From: an uncultured Erysipelotrichaceae bacterium
GTDB taxonomy: Bacteria; Bacillota_I; Bacilli_A; RF39; UBA660
Assembly (NCBI GenBank): GCA_902773675.1
Contig: CACYFN010000003.1
Location: 3,209-67,208 of the forward strand
Reading direction: 5' to 3'
DNA: 64,000 nt
Shown: in pieces, positions 10,141 to 18,503 of the stretch
How positions within the stretch are numbered: position 1 is the stretch's first letter
Layout of the letters: each line of letters begins with the position of its first letter
Made by a program: the position numbers and the translations under genes
The notes under the pieces: generated by a model
The model's input: only the letters and a program-made list of their open reading frames with translations
Databases searched by the model: none
Told to the model about the DNA's origin: nothing

Positions 10141-10722
10141 ATGTCAAAATTATATTTTAGATATGGAGCAATGAACTGTGGTAAAACAACTGCTCTACTA
10201 CAGGTAGCCCATAATTATGAAGAAAAGGGATTAAAAGTAATAGTAATAAAATCATCAATTGATAAAAAAGGAGATTCTAATATTGTATCAAGATTAGGAG
10301 TAGAAAGAAAGGTAGATATATTATTACCACCAGCAGAATCAATAAAAAATAGAATAAAACTAGATAATTTAAATTGTATATTAGTAGATGAAGCCCAATT
10401 CTTAACAAAAGAACAAGTAAAAGAATTATGGTTAATAGCTAAACTATATAATATACCAGTAATTTGCTATGGACTAAAAACAACCTTTAAAGGAGAATTA
10501 TTTGAAGGAAGCAAAATACTATTTGAATTGTCAGATGTCTTAGAAGAACTAGTAACAATATGTTCATGTGGTCACAAAGCCAAATTTAATGTAAGAAAAG
10601 TAAATAGCAAAATAGTATCAACTGGTGATGATGTAGCAATTGATGGCTATGATAATGTAACATATGAACCAATGTGTGGAAAATGCTATATTGAAAAAGT
10701 ATTAAAAATTAAATCTTTATAG
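10141..10722 (+). CDS. tdk: Thymidine kinase
   Basis: P-loop GAMNCGKTT, plus a C-terminal zinc ribbon CSCGHKA...CGKCY characteristic of type II thymidine kinases. Confidence 0.9.
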   Translation: MSKLYFRYGAMNCGKTTALLQVAHNYEEKGLKVIVIKSSIDKKGDSNIVSRLGVERKVDILLPPAESIKNRIKLDNLNCILVDEAQFLTKEQVKELWLIAKLYNIPVICYGLKTTFKGELFEGSKILFELSDVLEELVTICSCGHKAKFNVRKVNSKIVSTGDDVAIDGYDNVTYEPMCGKCYIEKVLKIKSL

Positions 10723-10725
10723 CAT

Positions 10726-10762
10726 TTGAAATATAAGTAATAAAATGATATAATTTTATAAG
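10726..10762 (+). promoter_or_regulatory. Putative sigma-A promoter for ppdK (TTGAAA-17-TATAAT)
   Basis: TTGAAA at 10726-10731, 17-nt spacer, TATAAT, then the AAGGAGAGG RBS before the ATG at 10779. Confidence 0.45.
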
Positions 10763-10778
10763 AATAAGGAGAGGTTAC

Positions 10779-13406
10779 ATGAAAAAATATGTATATGACT
10801 TTAATGAAGGTAACAAAGATATGAGAAATATCCTAGGAGGTAAAGGAGCTAACTTAGCCGAAATGACGAACATTGGTTTACCTGTTCCAAGTGGATTTAC
10901 AATCTCAACTGAAGCCTGTTTAGAATATTTAAAAAATAAAACCGAAATACCAGATAATATAACAAATGAAATATTTAATCATATTAAAATATTAGAAGAA
11001 AAAACAGGAAAATTATTTGGAAATAAAGATAATCCATTATTAGTATCTGTAAGAAGTGGTGCTCCAATTTCCATGCCAGGAATGATGGATAGTATTTTAA
11101 ATATTGGTCTTAATGATGAAATAGCTGAATCATTTTCTAAACAAACAAATAATCCTCATTTTGTATATGATTCATATCGTAGACTAATTCAAATGTTTTC
11201 AGATGTTGTAAAAGGTGTTCCAAAAAGTAATTTTGAATGCTTATTTGAGCAAATAAAAAAAACAAGAGGAAAAGAAGAATTTGAATTTACAGAAGAAGAA
11301 CTAAAAGGAATCATAAAACTTTATAAAGATGAGTATTTTGAATCAACAAAAGAACAATTCCCAGAAAATCCATATACACAGTTAATAGAAACAGTTGAAG
11401 CAGTATTTCTATCTTGGAATAATGATCGAGCAATAACATATAGAAAATTAAATGATATATCTAATGATTTAGGAACAGCTGTTAATGTTCAAACAATGGT
11501 ATATGGTAACTTAGGAGAAAATAGTGGAACAGGAGTAGCATTTACCCGTAATCCAGCAACCGGAGAAAATAAACTATTTGGAGAATATTTAATAAATGCC
11601 CAAGGAGAAGATGTCGTAGCAGGAATACGTACACCAGAATCTATTGATACCCTAAAAGAAGTAATGCCTGACTGTTATAAAGAATTTGAAAGTATTTGTA
11701 AAATATTAGAAAACCATTATAAAGATATGCAAGATATGGAATTTACTATTCAAAATGGTAAACTATATATGCTACAGACAAGAAATGCTAAAAGAACAGG
11801 ATCTTCAGCTATTAAAGTAGCTCTTGATATGATTAATGAAGGACTAATTACCAAAGAAGAAGCTATTTTAAGAGTAGAACCTAATCTATTAGAACAATTA
11901 TTACATCCAACATTTGATCAAGATGAACTAAATAATCAAGTACCAGTAGCTAAAGGACTTCCAGCTTCTCCTGGATGTGCAACAGGCAAATTATTTTTTA
12001 ATGTAAAAGATTTAAAAGAAGCTAAAGATAAAGGTGAAAAAGATTTAATATTAATAAGAATTGAAACATCACCAGAAGATATAGATGGAATGCAAATTGC
12101 TAATGGTATATTAACTATTAGAGGAGGAATGACCTCGCATGCTGCCGTAGTAGCTCGTGGAATGGGTACATGTTGTGTATCAGGATGTAGTGATATAGTA
12201 GTAGATGAAGCAAATAAAGTAATAAAAGTAAATGATTTAGAGGTCCATGAAGGAGAATACATTAGTCTAGATGGAAATACAGGTAATGTATATATTGGAA
12301 AAATAGATACTAAAGAACCAGAAATAAGTGGCGATTTTAAAACATTTATGGATTTAGCTGATACATATAGAAAATTAAGAGTAAGAGCTAATGCTGATAA
12401 TCCTAAAGATGCAAATACAGCTCGTAAATTTGGTTCCGAAGGAATAGGACTATGTAGAACAGAACACATGTTCTTTAACCCAGAAAGAATATTTGAATTT
12501 AGAAAAATGATAGTAGCAGATACCGAAGAACAAAGACAAAACGCCCTAAATAATATCTTGCCTTATCAAAGAAGTGACTTTGAAGCATTATTTGAATCCC
12601 AAGAAGGAGATCCAGTTATCATTAGATACCTAGATCCACCATTACATGAATTCTTACCAAAAAAAGAAGAAGAAATAAAAGAACTAGCTACAAGTTTAAA
12701 TATGTCATATGAATCATTAAAAGAAAGAATAGATGATTTAAAAGAATTTAATCCAATGATGGGACATCGTGGATGTAGATTAGATATAACATATCCAGAA
12801 ATAGCTGTAATGCAAACAAAAGCTGTAATAGAAGCAGCAATAAATGTAACAAAAAAAGGATTAAAAGTAAAACCAGAAATAATGATACCATTAATAGTAG
12901 ATGAAAAAGAATTAAAATTCATTAAAGATATCATAACTAATACAGCAGATAAAATTATAAAAGAAAACAATATAGAATTAGAATATATGGTAGGTACAAT
13001 GATTGAAGTACCACGTGCAACATTAATAGCCGATAAACTAGCTAAACATGCCCAGTTCTTTAGCTTTGGTACAAATGATTTAACACAACTTACATATGGC
13101 TTCTCAAGAGATGATGCATCTAAATTTTTAAAAGATTATTATGATAAAAATATCTTTGAGAGTGATCCATTTGCTAAAATAGATAGGGAAGGTGTAGGAA
13201 GATTAGTATATATGGCTATAAGAAAAGCAAAACAAATAAGAAATAATATCGAACTAGGTATATGTGGAGAACATGGAGGAGAACCAAGTAGTATCAATTT
13301 CTGCCAACTAATAGGTTTAGATTATGTATCTTGTAGTCCATATAGAGTTCCAATAGCTCGTCTTGCTGCTGCCCAAGCCGCAATCAAAGCAAAGAAAAAT
13401 AAATAA
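10779..13406 (+). CDS. ppdK: Pyruvate, phosphate dikinase
   Basis: An 875-aa protein with an N-terminal ATP-grasp region (GGKGANLAEM), the central phosphohistidine segment GGMTSHAAVVARGMG and a C-terminal PEP-utilising TIM-barrel domain. Confidence 0.95.
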   Translation: MKKYVYDFNEGNKDMRNILGGKGANLAEMTNIGLPVPSGFTISTEACLEYLKNKTEIPDNITNEIFNHIKILEEKTGKLFGNKDNPLLVSVRSGAPISMPGMMDSILNIGLNDEIAESFSKQTNNPHFVYDSYRRLIQMFSDVVKGVPKSNFECLFEQIKKTRGKEEFEFTEEELKGIIKLYKDEYFESTKEQFPENPYTQLIETVEAVFLSWNNDRAITYRKLNDISNDLGTAVNVQTMVYGNLGENSGTGVAFTRNPATGENKLFGEYLINAQGEDVVAGIRTPESIDTLKEVMPDCYKEFESICKILENHYKDMQDMEFTIQNGKLYMLQTRNAKRTGSSAIKVALDMINEGLITKEEAILRVEPNLLEQLLHPTFDQDELNNQVPVAKGLPASPGCATGKLFFNVKDLKEAKDKGEKDLILIRIETSPEDIDGMQIANGILTIRGGMTSHAAVVARGMGTCCVSGCSDIVVDEANKVIKVNDLEVHEGEYISLDGNTGNVYIGKIDTKEPEISGDFKTFMDLADTYRKLRVRANADNPKDANTARKFGSEGIGLCRTEHMFFNPERIFEFRKMIVADTEEQRQNALNNILPYQRSDFEALFESQEGDPVIIRYLDPPLHEFLPKKEEEIKELATSLNMSYESLKERIDDLKEFNPMMGHRGCRLDITYPEIAVMQTKAVIEAAINVTKKGLKVKPEIMIPLIVDEKELKFIKDIITNTADKIIKENNIELEYMVGTMIEVPRATLIADKLAKHAQFFSFGTNDLTQLTYGFSRDDASKFLKDYYDKNIFESDPFAKIDREGVGRLVYMAIRKAKQIRNNIELGICGEHGGEPSSINFCQLIGLDYVSCSPYRVPIARLAAAQAAIKAKKNK

Positions 13407-13482
13407 AAACAAGCTAAAGTATTATTCTACATTTGATTAAAAAATAGATTAATTAAACTACACTGATAGGAGGAAAGTTCTT

Positions 13483-14628
13483 ATGGGAATGGGAATAATA
13501 AAAGAAATCGATAGAATTTTAAAAAGCTCTCATTATAGGCCTATATTCCTTAAACTAAACAGTATTGACAATGATTCCACATTATTTAGCATATTAGATA
13601 ATATGCAAGAAAGTGAAAAGGAAGAGTTAGAAGAAGCTATTATTGGTTTAACATTAAGAGAAGAAATAAGCAAAGAAGAAAACAATATTCTAAATAAATA
13701 TAAAAATTATGTAATGAAAAAATCAAACAAAAATATTATGGAATATCTAAATAATAATTATTTAAGTTTTTTATACCATAAAGAATTTGAAGAAATAGTT
13801 AAAGATAGTAATTATGATTCGCAAATAAATCAAAAATCTATTTGGGAAATATATCAAGAACTATGTGATAAATTCAATGAAATAAGTGCCAAACTAGAAA
13901 ATAATACTAAACTTACAAATGAAGAGCACAAATTTTTTAAAAAGTATTTGTTAAGCACAGCATTTTATGATATGATTAATAAAAAGTATGAGGATGAAAA
14001 TGATATTATGTATGATGTAGTTGAATATTTTGATAAATATCCAATTACAAATTTTAATAATATTGAAAATAGACAACTATATATACTATATAATTTATCA
14101 AAACAACTTCTTAAAATAAATGTAGATAGTATTATTACATTTGATAGATATCATAATGAAGAAGACATTAGATGTGAAGGATTTTATAAAAAATTATCTG
14201 ATGGAAGATATCAAATAAATATAAGTAATCTAGAAGACATATATTTGAAAGATGAGAAAACAATGTATGAAAGTTTATTTACAGTCTTTCATGAACTTGG
14301 TCATTTAATGCAAGAAATAAATAATGATGCTTATCCAAAAGAAATTCAAGAATTATTTAAGTGGGAAAAGTATATAATAAATAAAGATAACTCTTTTTAT
14401 AAAAAATATCATGATAGTTTCTATTTAGAAGTAGATGCTGATCAATACGCCTTAACTAAGATGTTAGAATTATTTAAAGAAGAAAAACCAGAGTTTATTA
14501 TTCACTTAATTAATAAAGAAAAGAATAAGAAGAAGATAGAATTTTCAAAATTTTGTAATATTTTATATCAAAAGTATAATCAATTAATTGCTAATCAAGA
14601 AAAAAAATCAGCGCAACAACACCATTAA
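13483..14628 (+). CDS. Putative zinc metallopeptidase-like protein (HExxH; possibly ImmA/IrrE-like), no signal peptide
   Basis: HELGHLMQE motif at residues 270-278. It lies between ppdK and the XRE/DinD-like modules. No other family signature is recognisable. Confidence 0.5.
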   Translation: MGMGIIKEIDRILKSSHYRPIFLKLNSIDNDSTLFSILDNMQESEKEELEEAIIGLTLREEISKEENNILNKYKNYVMKKSNKNIMEYLNNNYLSFLYHKEFEEIVKDSNYDSQINQKSIWEIYQELCDKFNEISAKLENNTKLTNEEHKFFKKYLLSTAFYDMINKKYEDENDIMYDVVEYFDKYPITNFNNIENRQLYILYNLSKQLLKINVDSIITFDRYHNEEDIRCEGFYKKLSDGRYQINISNLEDIYLKDEKTMYESLFTVFHELGHLMQEINNDAYPKEIQELFKWEKYIINKDNSFYKKYHDSFYLEVDADQYALTKMLELFKEEKPEFIIHLINKEKNKKKIEFSKFCNILYQKYNQLIANQEKKSAQQHH

Positions 14629-14663
14629 CAAAACGATAATTATAGTCAAAATAATTTTAATTA

Positions 14664-14723
14664 ATGTTTTGCATCCCAAACAAGGCAGTAGTACAAGCTG
14701 CAATTAAAGCGAGAAAAATTTGA
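14664..14723 (+). other. Diverged remnant of a ppdK 3' end (copy 1)
   Basis: A short frame encodes MFCIPNKAVVQAAIKARKI*, compared with the authentic PpdK C-terminus RVPIARLAAAQAAIKAKKNK*. It is similar at the protein level but diverged at the nucleotide level. Confidence 0.5.
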
Positions 14724-14785
14724 ACGCAAAAGCGTCCCAACAATTATATATCAAAAGATTAAATAGAAATATTTAGTCTTTTTTA

Positions 14786-14835
14786 TTGATTTGTTTGTTG
14801 CAAATATGCTACAATATATTTGCAAGGAGAGAAAT
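14786..14835 (+). promoter_or_regulatory. Promoter with operator inverted repeat for XRE copy A
   Basis: TTGATT-18-TACAAT. The perfect 10-bp inverted repeat TTGCAAATAT (14798-14807) / ATATTTGCAA (14816-14825) flanks and overlaps the -10. A GGAGAG RBS follows. Confidence 0.5.
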
Positions 14836-15084
14836 ATGAATAAGATAAATGCTGAATTAATAAATGATGATGAATTTGATTTAATATGTAAATATATAAA
14901 ATTAAGAAATGAATCAAATATCAGTCAAACTGAATTAGCAAGAAAAGTGGGTATAGCTAGATCAACAATAGCTAGAATGGAAAGAAATCTACATTCTATA
15001 TCACTTGGAACTTTTACTAGATTATTAGAAGTAATGAATTATAAATTAGAAATAATAAAAAAGGAGGAAAAAAATGAAAAATGA
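14836..15084 (+). CDS. XRE-family helix-turn-helix transcriptional regulator (copy A)
   Basis: HTH segment ISQTELARKVGIARSTIARMERN. ATG at 14836 (the track ORF starts at an upstream in-frame TTG). About 90% identical to copy B at 16129. Confidence 0.8.
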   Translation: MNKINAELINDDEFDLICKYIKLRNESNISQTELARKVGIARSTIARMERNLHSISLGTFTRLLEVMNYKLEIIKKEEKNEK

Positions 15085-15907
15085 TATAATAGCATTAAAT
15101 AAAACGTTTGAAAACGAGAAAATTAGAACTATATGGAATAAGGACGAAGAAAAATATTATATTAGTGTAGTTGATATAGTAAAAGTTTTAATTGATTGTG
15201 ATTATCAACAAGCTAGAAATAATTGGAAAGTTATAAAATTTAGGTTAAAAAAAGAAGGAAATGAAACGGTTACAAATTGTAACCAGTTGAAATTGTTGTC
15301 ACAAGATGGAAAATATCGTTTAACTGATGTAGTTGATATTGAAGGAATGTTTAGGGTTATTGAATCAATTCCATCTAAAAAAGCTGAACCAATTAAGTTA
15401 TGGCTTGCTCATTTAGGAAAAGAGAGAATAGATTAAGAATACGATCCTGAAATAACAATTAATCGAGCGTTAGAAACATATAGAAGAAAAGGTTATTCTG
15501 ATGATTGGATTAATCAAAGATTAAAAGCAATTGATGCAAGAAAAGAATTTACTGATGAATTAAAGAATAATGGTATTGAAAGTAGCAAAGATTTTGCTAT
15601 TTTAACAGATTTATTAACGAAAGTATGGAGTGGCTATACAACTAAGGAATATAAACAATATAAAGGATTAACAAAAGAAAATTTAAGAGATAATATGACT
15701 AATATGGAATTAGTACTTAATATGTTAGCAGAAGTAACATCAACTGAAATAGCTAAGTCAAATGATAATAAAAATAAGGATAATGCTAAAGATTCAGTTA
15801 TACAAGGCGGTCTAATTGCTAAAAACACAAAAGAACAAATAGAAAGTAAAACCGGTAAAAAAATAGTAACAAGTACAAATAATAAAAATATAAAACAAAT
15901 AAAATAA
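15074..15907 (+). pseudogene. DinD/Bro-N-like DNA-damage-inducible protein, copy A, interrupted by an in-frame TAA at 15434-15436
   Basis: One reading frame 15074..15907 with a single internal stop (ERID*EYDPEI); copy B reads ERIDEIFDPSI at the same place. Bro-N core KYRLTDVVDIEGMFRVIESIPSKKAEPIKLWLAHLG, and a C-terminal part alignable with E. coli DinD. Confidence 0.5.
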
Positions 15908-15928
15908 GATATAAATAAGTCATTTTAG

Positions 15929-16030
15929 TTGGATACAGAACGTTATGTCGTTCCAATAAGGTTTCCAATTGATTACGATTCACAAGCTGCAATCAAAGCA
16001 AAGAATAGTAAAAAGAAAAAAACTAGGTAA
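15929..16030 (+). other. Diverged remnant of a ppdK 3' end (copy 2)
   Basis: An open frame encodes LDTERYVVPIRFPIDYDSQAAIKAKNSKKKKTR*. This aligns with the PpdK C-terminus ...LDYVSCSPYRVPIARLAAAQAAIKAKKNK*. Confidence 0.5.
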
Positions 16031-16078
16031 TTGAAGTGATGTGTCCTTCAAATAGTTCACAAAAACTAGTTTTTTTTG

Positions 16079-16128
16079 TTGATTTATTTGTTGCAAATAT
16101 GCTACAATATATTTGCGAGGAGAGAAAT
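16079..16128 (+). promoter_or_regulatory. Promoter with operator inverted repeat for XRE copy B
   Basis: Near-identical to 14786-14835. TTGCAAATAT (16091-16100) / ATATTTGCGA (16109-16118) around TACAAT. Confidence 0.5.
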
Positions 16129-16380
16129 ATGAATAAGATAAATGCTGAATTAATAAATGAGGATGAATTTGATTTAATATGTAAATATATAAAATTAAGA
16201 AATGAATCAAATATCAGTCAAACTGAATTAGCAAGAAGAGTGGGTATAGCTAGATCAACAATAGCTAGAATGGAAAGAAATTTGCATTCAATGTCACTCG
16301 GAACTTTTATTAAATTGTTAGAAGCAATGAATCATAAACTAGAAATAGTCAAAAAGGAGGATACTAATGAATCAAGATAA
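16129..16380 (+). CDS. XRE-family helix-turn-helix transcriptional regulator (copy B)
   Basis: MNKINAELINEDEFDLICKYIKLRNESNISQTELARRVGIARSTIARMERN. Paralogue of copy A. Confidence 0.8.
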   Translation: MNKINAELINEDEFDLICKYIKLRNESNISQTELARRVGIARSTIARMERNLHSMSLGTFIKLLEAMNHKLEIVKKEDTNESR

Positions 16381-16526
16381 AATGTATTTAATTAATAAAT
16401 AAATTATTTAATAATAAAACTATAAGAACAGTATGGGACAAGGATGAGGAAAAGTACTATGTTAGTGTAGTTGATGTAGCTGGAGCAGCTTCTGATAGTG
16501 ATAATCCTAGAAAGTATTGGAATTGG

Positions 16527-17237
16527 TTGAAAAATAAAATAACAAAAGAAGAAAATTTTGAAACGTCTAGTATTACTAGACAGTTGAAATTGAAAGCTCA
16601 AGATGGTAAATATCGTATGACTGATGTTGTAGATATTGAAGGTATGTTTAGAATAATAGAGTCTATTCCAAGTAAAAATGCAGAACCAATTAAGCAGTGG
16701 TTAGCTCGTTTAGGTAGTGAAAGAATAGATGAAATATTTGATCCTTCAATAGCAACTCAAAGATCTATCGATTTATATCGTGCTAAAGGATTTGATGAAA
16801 AATGGATTACTGAGAGAATAAAAAGTATTCAAAATAGAAAAGAATTAACTGACATTTGGAAAGATGGAGGAATAACTGATTCAAAAGAATATGCAATTCT
16901 TACTAATGAGATATATAAAGAATGGTCTGGAATGAAAGCAAGTGAGTACAAAGAATTTAAAGGGTTAAGAAAAGAATCATTAAGAGATAATATGACTCGT
17001 ATGGAAGAATTGCTTACAGATTTAGGAGAAGAAACAACAAAAGAATTAGCTAAAGAGTATAAACCAGTTGGATTAGAAGCAAATAAGAAAATAGCAAGAA
17101 TGGGTGGAAACACTGCTAAAGTAGCTAGAGAAGATATAGAAAGAAAATTAAATAGGACTATAATAACATCTAATAATAATTTAAATTATAAATATATAGA
17201 AGAAAACAAAGAAATAGAAAATAAACAGATTGTTTAA
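16527..17237 (+). CDS. DinD/Bro-N-like DNA-damage-inducible protein, copy B (frame open from 16392; N-terminus degenerate, first ATG at 16527)
   Basis: The upstream in-frame segment ...KTIRTVWDKDEEKYYVSVVDV matches the N-terminus of copy A, but it is preceded by a stop, and an out-of-frame ATG (MYLINK*) lies just upstream. The C-terminal region DFAILTNEIYKEWSG...KGLRKESLRDNMTRMEELLTDLGEETT resembles E. coli DinD. Confidence 0.55.
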   Translation: MKNKITKEENFETSSITRQLKLKAQDGKYRMTDVVDIEGMFRIIESIPSKNAEPIKQWLARLGSERIDEIFDPSIATQRSIDLYRAKGFDEKWITERIKSIQNRKELTDIWKDGGITDSKEYAILTNEIYKEWSGMKASEYKEFKGLRKESLRDNMTRMEELLTDLGEETTKELAKEYKPVGLEANKKIARMGGNTAKVAREDIERKLNRTIITSNNNLNYKYIEENKEIENKQIV

Positions 17238-17337
17238 GTTTTTTTGAATATTTATAAGTTTTTAAAATTTATTATAAATAAAACATATAAGTATGATATA
17301 ATATAAATAATAGTAAGAAGTAGAGGAAGTAATTTAA

Positions 17338-17922
17338 ATGAAGAAAGGAATACTTTTAGCTATCATTTTATGTGGAATTCTATTATTTACAGGTTGCGAC
17401 AAAGAAGCAGGATCAAAGGAAATTAGCGGTATCAAAATATATAATGATTCAACAACTTATGCATACAAAAAAACTTTTGGAGGAGAATACTATTTACTAG
17501 TTATAAGATATGACAAATTAGGAAACTTTAAATATCTAGAATATACTGATAATTATGATTTAGATGAATCTGAACCAGAAACTAAAGCATATTCCGATAA
17601 AGAATTACAAAAACTTGCAGAAGAAGATGAATGCAAACATCTTGAAAATCTAGATTATGATGAATTTAAATCAATATGTAAAGTAAAAAATCATATTTTT
17701 ACTTATGGTTATTCAATAACAGATAAAACAATTAGTTCAGGATTATTAAATGAAAATGGATATAATGAATGGGGAATATTACCATCCATAATTGGAGACT
17801 TTAAATCAGTTGAAAATGAAGCAGCCGCTAAAGAATTATTCAATAAAACTAAAGAAAATTTGAATGCAAGTGATGGAGATTTTATGATATTTGCTAATAA
17901 AAAATTAGAATTAAATAATTAG
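17338..17922 (+). CDS. Lipoprotein (hypothetical)
   Basis: Signal peptide with lipobox LFTGC (MKKGILLAIILCGILLFTGCDKE). Confidence 0.7.
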   Translation: MKKGILLAIILCGILLFTGCDKEAGSKEISGIKIYNDSTTYAYKKTFGGEYYLLVIRYDKLGNFKYLEYTDNYDLDESEPETKAYSDKELQKLAEEDECKHLENLDYDEFKSICKVKNHIFTYGYSITDKTISSGLLNENGYNEWGILPSIIGDFKSVENEAAAKELFNKTKENLNASDGDFMIFANKKLELNN

Positions 17923-17928
17923 TTTTAA

Positions 17929-17953
17929 AGTAGATAAAAAATCTACTTTTTTT
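17929..17953 (+). terminator. Rho-independent terminator
   Basis: AGTAGA-taaaaaa-TCTACT hairpin followed by T6. Confidence 0.5.
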
Positions 17954-18014
17954 AAATTAATAATTGTTTAAAACAAAAAATGTTTATGATATAATGAACA
18001 TTAGAGGTGTAAAA

Positions 18015-18482
18015 ATGAACGAATTTATGAAAATAGCAAAAGACTTATCAGAAAATAATTTAAAAACAAAAGCCGGAGGACCTTTTGGGGCATGTATTGT
18101 TAAAGATGGAAAAATTATAGGAAAAGGTTCTAATCAAGTTATAAAAAATAACGATCCAACAGCTCATGCTGAAATAATAGCCATAAGAGAAGCATGTAAA
18201 AATATAAACTCTTATGATTTAAGTGGATGCCAGTTATATACATCCTGTTATCCATGTCCAATGTGTCTATCAGCTATTATTTGGTCAAATATTAAAGAAG
18301 TATATTATGGAAATACTAAAGAAGATGCTGCAAATATTGGTTTTAGAGATGATTATATATATGAGTTTATAAAAAACAATAACACAGATAGTTTTGTTTT
18401 AAATTTAGAGTGTATAAATAGAGATGAAACAATTAAAGTATTTGAAGAATACTTAAAAGATGACAATAAAATAGCTTATTAA
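18015..18482 (+). CDS. guaD: Guanine deaminase (CDA-fold, GuaD-like) / nucleoside deaminase
   Basis: GGPFGACIVKDGKIIGKGSNQV...DPTAHAEIIAIREACK...CQLYTSCYPCPMCLSAIIW closely parallels B. subtilis GuaD. ATG at 18015 with AGAGGTG RBS. Upstream promoter TTTAAA-17-(TG)aTATAAT. Confidence 0.65.
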   Translation: MNEFMKIAKDLSENNLKTKAGGPFGACIVKDGKIIGKGSNQVIKNNDPTAHAEIIAIREACKNINSYDLSGCQLYTSCYPCPMCLSAIIWSNIKEVYYGNTKEDAANIGFRDDYIYEFIKNNNTDSFVLNLECINRDETIKVFEEYLKDDNKIAY

Positions 18483-18503
18483 TAAAAAAAGAAGGTGATT
18501 TAT

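Noticed and set aside
16404-16601. 65-aa minus-strand ORF across the start of DinD-like copy B
   Set aside because: It is antisense to a region with clear protein-level homology to copy A on the plus strand, and it has no RBS or motif.
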